Positions 56,556 through 64,000 of a stretch of DNA of 64,000 nt are shown one piece after another. Each line of letters opens with the position of its first letter. Positions within the stretch are counted from its first letter, which is position 1. Source of the DNA: Bacteroidales bacterium. GTDB lineage: Bacteria; Bacteroidota; Bacteroidia; Bacteroidales; UBA932. The position numbers and the translations under genes were made by a program. The DNA is taken from the NCBI GenBank assembly GCA_009774765.1, contig VSOK01000003.1, positions 1,885-65,884 on the forward strand. The letters are read 5' to 3'. Under the pieces are notes generated by a model. It searched no databases. It was not told where the DNA came from and saw only the letters and a program-made list of their open reading frames with translations.

Positions 56556-59500
56556 TTATCTGTTATTATTGACCGTTTCATTCATAGCGCGGTTAATTAT
56601 ATCAAATAGATATCTATTTAAATCAATGCCGCTTTTACCATATTGATGCGATGATTTATTATAATCACCTGACAAGACATAAACCAAGGCATGCCCATAA
56701 CCTTCATGAGCAAACATTTCTGACTTACTCATATCTGACATTCCAGAATTGACAATCACATAAATATTGCTATCAGGAGACCTCTGCATCGCAGCATCAT
56801 CAGGCAACAACGTCTTGCCTAACAAACCTGAATCGCCAGCAACAGGACCGACACCTGCACCGTCATTATTACCTATAAACATATCTTCAATTCCATCATA
56901 ACTCATTGGCTTCGATTCTATGTTTCCATTGGACTTATATGTAAATGTGTCATTCTCCAAAACAAAAACAGTGGTATTGGCTTCCGACAATGAAAGTAAG
57001 CTATTGTAGTTACCGCTGTTGCTTTCATGCCCGGAAAGGACATTGTGGTCAATGTAACCATTGGCACCTAACACGACATATTCGCGATCTGACTCAGGTA
57101 AAGTCATACGTATCATTTCAAGTTCGGAATTGGTCCGTGGCAACACGCGGCTGCCATCCGGATCAACAAAGTTAACAGGATTATTGGAACAGAAGGCGTA
57201 TGGACTGACGGAATAATAATTTTCTGCAAGAGGGTCGATTGAAAGGAAGCGTCCGAGGGACTGGTCATAGGTTCTGGCATTGAAGTCATAGACGGACAGG
57301 CCGCCCAAGGACATCAGCTCATTGCCGGAATATTTCCACGGCTGGTCATCTACGCCGGCAGACGACACAGAGGAATCTGAGCCGGATGAGGTATGACTGT
57401 CCAACGGAAAAGACAATCCATAAGGATAATAGTGGTTCACCTGTTCTACACTGCCGGACTGTGAAGCAACGACACGGTTGCTCCCGAGGTGGTCCTTGAA
57501 ATAATACATATACACCGGAGTTCCGGAAGTGAAGTCTATATAGCCGCCGTCCACAAGGAGATATTTCATCCTGCCGTCCTCCATAACGACATTGCCGACA
57601 TACTCCAGCAAGACCGTATCAGAGGACGTCTCCACCTTACGGCTCATCTTGACACCTGAGGCAAGGTAACCGAACGAAACAACTGCACTGTCGGAATCCA
57701 ATTTTGCGATATGGTCAGAGATGTCGTAGGAAATCGTACGGACTCCGCGGTACGGGTCGCTGGTCATATTGCCGTCGGCGTCATAAGTGTATTCCGCAGG
57801 AAGGACTGCCCCACCGGAGGAACCGCCACCGGACAAGGAACCGGCACCGCTTGATTTCAGCAGACGGTTGCCGTCATAGGTCAGGGACAGACGGTCAACA
57901 CGTCCCTGGTTCATTCCATCACTGCATCTGCGTTCTATGGTCAGAAGGTTGCCCTGGGAATCATAGGAATAAGACGCGCCATATTCATCAGATGACATTG
58001 TGTCCAACAGAGAATAGCGGGCATCAGTGAGCCTTCCAGTCTTGTCGTACGTAAAGTCGTATGCCCTTGCGGCATTGTCTCCGTACCCATACCATTCCAT
58101 CGAAGAGACAAATCCGTCATAGCGCGGAATAGCAGACCTCACCCTTGGCTCATTATAATAAAGAGTTTCTGAAAACAGCCCGGAAGAAAGCGACTTGATC
58201 CACGACCGGACATTATATGTCCTTGTCTCGGTAAATTTCTCCTGGCAACCTCTTTCCGTCTTGGAAACACGGCCTATCACATCATACGTGTTGCTCAGCA
58301 GAGATACACTCGCCTGTCCGTCAAGCGAATGTTTTTCATCAAGAAGCCGCTCCTGGCTGTCATAGCTATAGGAGATGTCTTCAGTGGTGGTCTCGCCGTT
58401 GTGCCTATGCTCTACACGCCTGGATATCGGATTCCCGACAAAGTCATAGGATATATGTTCCGCCTCCGTCTGCCCTGAAGGGCAGGAGCATCCCATCTGT
58501 ACTGTCCTTCCGCGAAAATCGTATCTGATGCTTGACCATACACCGTCTGAAGTCAGTTCTCCGGCATCAAGCAATGTGCAGAAACTTCCGGTCTTCTGCC
58601 CGATCGGATATACGTTCGTGCCGGTCACATCAAAGGAAGGAAGAGATGGACGGAAATCATCCTCAAATGAATAGATGTCATAATAGTTGACAGACAATAT
58701 CTCAAAATCCCGGACATCAACGGATGCGCCAGAGGAGAAGTCATAGCCCATAAATTTACCAGTAGATCCTGTATATCTGACAGTTACAACCTTATCGATC
58801 TCCTCCCCGAAAGAAATATCCTTACTGCACAGGAGTCTGACGCATTCCCTTCCGTTCATATCGTAAAGATAGCAGACCGACTTTCCTGACTTACGGCACT
58901 CCCCGTCCTGCTCATAGATGACGCGGTCAGCAGAATCAAAGACATACGAAATATTTTCCTTTCCGGGAATCTTCTTCACACAGTTCCGTCCTCTGCTGTC
59001 ATAACGGTAAATAAAGGCATACCTGTCAATGTCCTGGAGCGAAAGGGTGCCCTTGTACAGAAGAGAAGACAGAGCCGGAGGCAGTACGGCAACAAGCCTG
59101 TCCATTTTGTCACAGATATAGTGTGTGTCAAAATATCCGTTGCCTCCACCGGAGACCTGCCTGGTCATTACACACCGGCCAAGACGGTCCGTGAATGTAT
59201 AGGATGCCATACCATCCTCGTCCTCGGTAAGCACAACGGACAGCGTACCGGCTTCAAAAAGTCCTGACGACTTTATCTCAGGGGTTTCTCCGATCCACAG
59301 CAAAGCTGCAGACAGGCATTCCAATGCGGCATTGTCATCGCTGTTGACGAGATAGGATGTCCTCACCGCCTTTCCATTGTCCTGCCATGCGGCACCGGGA
59401 CCATAGCTTGCGACAACCCTGCTGAGAGGCGACGGTTCATATACATTATATGAATACGGCGCAGACTCTCCGGGATAGGTCGACAATATATAATTTTTCA

Positions 59501-62500
59501 CTTCTTTAGGAGGCACATATCCTGATTCCACCGGAGCACTGCCCGGAAGCCATTCGCGGGATTTTCGTCCCCATCCGTCATACTCCTGCAATGTGATGAG
59601 AGTATTGCCTGAAGGAGAGGCGTCAACCAGACTTTTCGTATAGAACCTGCCGAAATCATCGTAGAAAATCTTTGTATACATTCCGGTGGAATCGCTGCCG
59701 TCGCTGCTGACAAAGGATGTTATGCTGTTCCTTGAGTGATTATTTACAGGGGGATCATCGACAATTAACGGAAGACATTCCATAACTACTGTTATTGAGG
59801 TGTTTTCAGCTTGTATAACGGATGTTGCCGGAGATACGGTACCACCGGGAGGAAGCGGTGCAAGCTCCTTTATGACTCCTTGATATTTCAGTTTATAGGT
59901 ACCGGGAGGAAGGCGATGGACTACACTGTCACCGTCTCCGTGAGACGGGCGGACAATGCATTCAAGAGTTGAACCGTTAACCTCAAAAGGGAAATGCGCA
60001 ATCACCTCTTCTGACAATTCCGTTTCTTTCAACAGGCTCAGTCTCAAAGGCATAATTCTCTCAGGCAGCGGATCACCAAGACCTCTATTGAATGCAAAAT
60101 CGGTAATTTTGAAATTGACAGTTACAGTATCATTACATTTAAGGTCACACATATAGTCTGCAGGATCATTGAGACCACTCTGGAACCATTTCAACACAGC
60201 CTGTACAGAATATCCTGTCTCAAGCATATACACAGGAACAGGCTCCACAGGTTTGATCGGTCCAGGGTTCTCCGGAGGTATCGGAACTCCCGGCGGGTCC
60301 AATGATTTTGATTTATGTTTTTCGGCATCGGCAAGCGGACCGGTCTCATCATACCTGTAGACAAACGTCTGCACTGTCTTTTTCTTACTTGATCCCGGTG
60401 ACTTCCTTTCTATGAAATACTGCTCCTTCAGGCGTCTGAGCACGTCATAATCATAGAAGGTCTCGACTCCGTCCGGTGCAGTCTCTTTCACAACCTGAAG
60501 ATTTCCGTTGTACGAATATGTAGTCACAAGAGCACCATTCTTTGCCAGATCTTTTCTGTCAACCATCAAAATGAGTTCCCGGGAAGACGGAACCATACCC
60601 GACTGGACCAGGGAATCCAGGCATTTCCTTGTCATATTGTCTATCTTAATCTCGAATACCTGCCCCATATACCCCCACATCAGTATGGTATGCCTGCCGT
60701 CCTGCACTATTTCCGTAGGATTTCCCCACCTGCCTACAGATATCACCTTGTAATCTGTCCATACGGCAGGATGCTCTGAAGTGGAACGGTCAATTCTGTT
60801 GACATAAGGCAATACTTTTCCTGATGTCCCGGCATCGGCATAATGATACCGGACACTGCTGTAAACACTTCCACAGGACACTTTTGACAAGACCGGAGGG
60901 GAAAGGATATGAGCTCCGGACATCCATATATACTCAGGAAAGTCGGCCGGGTACTTGTAGGTTTCCTGTCTGACAGAGTTGTCGCTTGTCAATACTGTGC
61001 GTGAAGATATGAGTCTCTGGTCATTATAGTCACATTCTTCCTTTGAGTAATATTCACCGTCATCATACTGATAGATTTCAGTACTGTATGGAAGATAGCT
61101 GTAGGTATAGGTCCAGGTCAGCCATCCCATATTGGATGTGACATATTCATCATACATAGTAAAGTTGACAAGTCTCTGGTCGGCAGTCAGGAGAGAGTCG
61201 TTGCATACTTTTTTATAACGTGTCTTCTCCTCACGTACAAGTACGCCGTCAGATGTGAAATATTGCTTGGACAGAAGCCTGCCCCTTTCAATGGAACGGC
61301 TTGTATAAGGTACTCCGGAAAAGCCTAAACAATTATATGAGTGAAAAGCCGGCTCGTCATTATGGCTTATTCCATATATGTCTTTTCCGAAATTGCTGAA
61401 ACTGTACTTTATATACCCGATAGAATTGCCCGATGCATCCAGACTCTCCTCTATCACAGATGAATAACCCACATAAGGAGTATTCATATTGGTGACAGAA
61501 GCAGGAAAACCTTTTGCACTCACAAGACTCAAGATTAAAGCGCTGTTTGGAAGATCAGGAGCCTGGGCAGAATATGACATAGTAAATGGCGGATTAAGTT
61601 TTTCTATGCCGCTGCTCCTGTAGGAATCAATTGATTCGGTATATCGGTACCGGGTGATACCTATAACTTCACCGTCCCTTGTCCTGTTGGTTATACTTTT
61701 TATTCTCAGACCTCCACTTGTTCCTTTCTTTTCGACCGGATCCTGTCCTACATTCACAACTTTCCTGGAATAGTCGTTCCCCTCATATTCAAAGACGGTG
61801 CTGCCGCCTGTAGGATATTGGATTTCCGTGAGAGTCTCATATTGTGATGCCTGCAGGTTACTTTCTGCAACCGGCTTGTTTATATCAAAGTTACCAGAGG
61901 GGGAATTGGTCTTGCCATTGTAATATCCCCACTGGTCTGTCTGAGGGAAAACATACCCGTATGGGAAAGTCCCGGGATTGTAAGAAAACTTGTACTCAGG
62001 CATATCGACTCCTGAATCGTTTTCCGGTATTACATAATTGGGATACAATACTCCTCCACCCATGACAGGCTCGTTCTTTATCGGAGGGATTCCTGCCCTC
62101 CATACTATTCCGGAGAGTTTTCTACGGCTACGCGAGGATTGGGATAAATATATGGACATATCATGTCCGTCACTGTAATTGCTGGCTATCGCTATGCGGT
62201 GAAGCACATTGCACCGGAGCGCGTCTGCAATATTATTTCTTGTATTACTGGGAGAAGATCCGCTCCTGGCCTTGATCAGATAGAGGAACTGTCCGTATGG
62301 CTCTGGCCAGACCGCAAAATAGCTGGTCTGTCGGGCTCCGGCTCCTGTCCAGTACAAAGCCTCGCCCGCATATTTGGAATATGCCGTCCCGTAATTGAGG
62401 TCAGCATAATAGAAAAGGCTTATTGTTTCATTAGGGGTAGTTATGGTCTGGAGATCACATCCGTACAGGAGGAACCCTGTAAATCCTTTCCTGCCCGTGT

Positions 62501-63497
62501 TATAGGAGAATGTTCCTTGGGATGTTCCAGAGCCGGGAATGACCTTTTGGACCGAACGGTAACTGGGCACATAGCGCAGATCCACCATTACAGGACGATT
62601 ATTCCCCGTACACAAGTATGAATAATTGACTTCATATCCTTCCGGAGTCACTATCTTTGACAGATGCCATGATGTAACCACCATACCATCAGTGTTCCTG
62701 GAATAATAAGGAATGCAGAAGTCCATCGCACACAAGCCTCCGAAAACATATCTGCATCCGTCAGGTGTCACAAGAGTGAACTCCTTGAAAAACATCGTAT
62801 TGTCATTTTTGTCGGGCCATTTGTCTATATCTGGTATACGGTCTTTCAAGTCATTGACTCCGGCGAAACCCGTTTTAGGGTCAAACTCCACTTTGATGTC
62901 GCAATCGGACACTACTGTCCATCCGCCATCTTCATTTATATAGAAATTACCGCTATAGCCGAGAAAATTGAATGAGAACTCATCCGCAGAAAGTTCATAC
63001 CATCCTTCGGAGGTTTCGCTTTGGAGACAGTCCTTGGTCTGCTGGTCAAAGCTTTGTACTCCTTCTTCAGAGACCTTTTTAAGGTCTGCAGTATGCCAAT
63101 AGAATCCGTTTCCAACACCTGCAGTCCCCTTCTTCTCATCATATACGCCTCTTACAGAGCGTGAAATCACACCTCCTGCCATCAATGTCCATCCAAGACC
63201 GAGAGTGCCAGGAGGGTCATTCGGACGCACAGAAGCCAAGTGGTAGTCCGCTGATACCGGGATTGTATACTTCCCGACCCTGATTTCATAGAGCGGTATG
63301 GAAATATTCGGGATACCGGTATAATGGCTCACCGGGACTGCCCCATATTCTCCCAATTCTGATGCCTCAGGGCAGGTAACACTATAAACCGGAAGATCTT
63401 GCGAACGCAACGGTTCACTGGAAAACAGACAGACAACGACAAATAGGAGGAGGCCTGATTTTCCATTGAATGAATTTGATAATGCTGTGGTTTTCAT
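56556..63497 (-). CDS. Giant Rhs/YD-repeat polymorphic toxin (YD-repeat half + DUF6443-like/RHS core + C-terminal HEGYGH domain)
   Basis: Signal peptide ending in Q; PVSHYTGIPNISIPLY; many YD repeats; KDHLGSNR, HYYPYG, YDFNARTYD..LGRFLSIDPLAE, SPYAFCSNNPVNFVDPDG core end. ATG at 63497. Confidence 0.92.
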   Translation of the reverse strand: MKTTALSNSFNGKSGLLLFVVVCLFSSEPLRSQDLPVYSVTCPEASELGEYGAVPVSHYTGIPNISIPLYEIRVGKYTIPVSADYHLASVRPNDPPGTLGLGWTLMAGGVISRSVRGVYDEKKGTAGVGNGFYWHTADLKKVSEEGVQSFDQQTKDCLQSETSEGWYELSADEFSFNFLGYSGNFYINEDGGWTVVSDCDIKVEFDPKTGFAGVNDLKDRIPDIDKWPDKNDNTMFFKEFTLVTPDGCRYVFGGLCAMDFCIPYYSRNTDGMVVTSWHLSKIVTPEGYEVNYSYLCTGNNRPVMVDLRYVPSYRSVQKVIPGSGTSQGTFSYNTGRKGFTGFLLYGCDLQTITTPNETISLFYYADLNYGTAYSKYAGEALYWTGAGARQTSYFAVWPEPYGQFLYLIKARSGSSPSNTRNNIADALRCNVLHRIAIASNYSDGHDMSIYLSQSSRSRRKLSGIVWRAGIPPIKNEPVMGGGVLYPNYVIPENDSGVDMPEYKFSYNPGTFPYGYVFPQTDQWGYYNGKTNSPSGNFDINKPVAESNLQASQYETLTEIQYPTGGSTVFEYEGNDYSRKVVNVGQDPVEKKGTSGGLRIKSITNRTRDGEVIGITRYRYTESIDSYRSSGIEKLNPPFTMSYSAQAPDLPNSALILSLVSAKGFPASVTNMNTPYVGYSSVIEESLDASGNSIGYIKYSFSNFGKDIYGISHNDEPAFHSYNCLGFSGVPYTSRSIERGRLLSKQYFTSDGVLVREEKTRYKKVCNDSLLTADQRLVNFTMYDEYVTSNMGWLTWTYTYSYLPYSTEIYQYDDGEYYSKEECDYNDQRLISSRTVLTSDNSVRQETYKYPADFPEYIWMSGAHILSPPVLSKVSCGSVYSSVRYHYADAGTSGKVLPYVNRIDRSTSEHPAVWTDYKVISVGRWGNPTEIVQDGRHTILMWGYMGQVFEIKIDNMTRKCLDSLVQSGMVPSSRELILMVDRKDLAKNGALVTTYSYNGNLQVVKETAPDGVETFYDYDVLRRLKEQYFIERKSPGSSKKKTVQTFVYRYDETGPLADAEKHKSKSLDPPGVPIPPENPGPIKPVEPVPVYMLETGYSVQAVLKWFQSGLNDPADYMCDLKCNDTVTVNFKITDFAFNRGLGDPLPERIMPLRLSLLKETELSEEVIAHFPFEVNGSTLECIVRPSHGDGDSVVHRLPPGTYKLKYQGVIKELAPLPPGGTVSPATSVIQAENTSITVVMECLPLIVDDPPVNNHSRNSITSFVSSDGSDSTGMYTKIFYDDFGRFYTKSLVDASPSGNTLITLQEYDGWGRKSREWLPGSAPVESGYVPPKEVKNYILSTYPGESAPYSYNVYEPSPLSRVVASYGPGAAWQDNGKAVRTSYLVNSDDNAALECLSAALLWIGETPEIKSSGLFEAGTLSVVLTEDEDGMASYTFTDRLGRCVMTRQVSGGGNGYFDTHYICDKMDRLVAVLPPALSSLLYKGTLSLQDIDRYAFIYRYDSRGRNCVKKIPGKENISYVFDSADRVIYEQDGECRKSGKSVCYLYDMNGRECVRLLCSKDISFGEEIDKVVTVRYTGSTGKFMGYDFSSGASVDVRDFEILSVNYYDIYSFEDDFRPSLPSFDVTGTNVYPIGQKTGSFCTLLDAGELTSDGVWSSIRYDFRGRTVQMGCSCPSGQTEAEHISYDFVGNPISRRVEHRHNGETTTEDISYSYDSQERLLDEKHSLDGQASVSLLSNTYDVIGRVSKTERGCQEKFTETRTYNVRSWIKSLSSGLFSETLYYNEPRVRSAIPRYDGFVSSMEWYGYGDNAARAYDFTYDKTGRLTDARYSLLDTMSSDEYGASYSYDSQGNLLTIERRCSDGMNQGRVDRLSLTYDGNRLLKSSGAGSLSGGGSSGGAVLPAEYTYDADGNMTSDPYRGVRTISYDISDHIAKLDSDSAVVSFGYLASGVKMSRKVETSSDTVLLEYVGNVVMEDGRMKYLLVDGGYIDFTSGTPVYMYYFKDHLGSNRVVASQSGSVEQVNHYYPYGLSFPLDSHTSSGSDSSVSSAGVDDQPWKYSGNELMSLGGLSVYDFNARTYDQSLGRFLSIDPLAENYYSVSPYAFCSNNPVNFVDPDGSRVLPRTNSELEMIRMTLPESDREYVVLGANGYIDHNVLSGHESNSGNYNSLLSLSEANTTVFVLENDTFTYKSNGNIESKPMSYDGIEDMFIGNNDGAGVGPVAGDSGLLGKTLLPDDAAMQRSPDSNIYVIVNSGMSDMSKSEMFAHEGYGHALVYVLSGDYNKSSHQYGKSGIDLNRYLFDIINRAMNETVNNNR

Positions 63498-63621
63498 AAC
63501 CGTAATGCTTTCACGGCTGGATTGCAACTCACATGCCGTCAAGCATCAATTCAAAAGGAATTTCTACTGATACAGGCGTATACACATAGGCAGGAAGACG
63601 AACAGCTCACATAAAAGCAAC

Positions 63622-63655
63622 AAAAAAGCCGTCACAGAATATCTGTGACGGCTTT
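63622..63655 (-). terminator. Intrinsic terminator after tRNA-Arg
   Basis: AAAGCCGTCACAGA / TCTGTGACGGCTTT with a T-run on the minus strand. Confidence 0.88.
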
Positions 63656-63657
63656 CG

Positions 63658-63729
63658 TAGCCCCGAGCAGAATCGAACTGCTATCTAAAGTTTAGGAAAC
63701 TTCCATTCTATCCGTTGAACTACAGGGCC
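63658..63729 (-). tRNA. tRNA-Arg (anticodon CCT)
   Basis: GGCCCTGTAGTTCAACGGATAGAATGGAAGTTTCCTAAACTTTAGATAGCAGTTCGATTCTGCTCGGGGCTA folds as a cloverleaf; anticodon loop TTCCTAA; CCA not encoded. Confidence 0.95.
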
Positions 63730-63747
63730 AGCATAAGGAAGAAAGAC

Positions 63748-63930
63748 TTACTCAGCCTTCTTCTCAATAATCTGACGACCTCTGTAGTAACCGCACTCAG
63801 GACAAACCCTGTGATAAAGTACAGTCGCACCGCAATTAGAGCAAGTTGCGAGAGTAGGAACTACAGCCACGTCGTGTGTTCTTCTTTTGTCACGTCTCTG
63901 TTTGGAGACTCTGTGTTTCGGATGTGCCAT
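63748..63930 (-). CDS. rpmF: 50S ribosomal protein L32
   Basis: MAHPKHRVSKQRRDKRRTH...CSNCG...HRVCPECGYYRG. Confidence 0.97.
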   Translation of the reverse strand: MAHPKHRVSKQRRDKRRTHDVAVVPTLATCSNCGATVLYHRVCPECGYYRGRQIIEKKAE

Positions 63931-63961
63931 TGTTCTATATTTTTAATTTATTAATTATCAA

Positions 63962-64000
63962 TTAATTGTCAAAAAGTCCTTTCAATGCGGCAAACGGATT
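63962..64000 (-). CDS. 3' end of a YceD/DUF177-like gene (partial)
   Basis: Translates NPFAALKGLFDN*; motif and position upstream of rpmF fit YceD. Confidence 0.7.
   Translation of the reverse strand, partial: NPFAALKGLFDN

Noticed and set aside
56556..63497. T6SS effector or DGR target
   Set aside because: No PAAR/VgrG domain, a Sec-type signal is present, and there is no reverse transcriptase or template/variable repeat pair in the window.

Overview
Chromosomal window from a Bacteroidales-type bacterium, inferred from SusC/SusD genes, TAnnTTTG -7 promoter boxes and gene order. Most of it is housekeeping: tmk, folP, purB, ftsB, murU/amgK, pncB/pncA, rsmF, pyrE, queA, dprA, tatD, ansA, exbB/exbD, phoA, asnS, udk, ctpA, ridA, tRNA-Arg(CCT) and rpmF. 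Four parts stand out. (1) A Ser/Thr-kinase-like/AAA+ ATPase fusion runs off the left edge (1-1814) and is missing from the ORF track. (2) An AT-rich, integrase-less island lies between tmk and folP (~3850-9545). It carries a partly decayed NERD-nuclease operon led by a ~165-nt nested hairpin, and a P-loop ATPase with a tandem palindromic operator. (3) A SusCD-lipoprotein locus has no CAZyme (19614-25859). (4) A polymorphic-toxin locus sits next to tRNA-Arg (~54550-63500). It encodes a 2313-aa signal-peptide Rhs protein that looks like a fusion of two modules and ends in an HEGYGH domain, followed by a candidate immunity gene, an orphan paralogous C-terminal module with Tyr at both motif His positions, and a second candidate immunity gene. 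purB carries a probable 1-bp deletion near its 3' end. All calls come from reading the sequence by eye; no searches were run.
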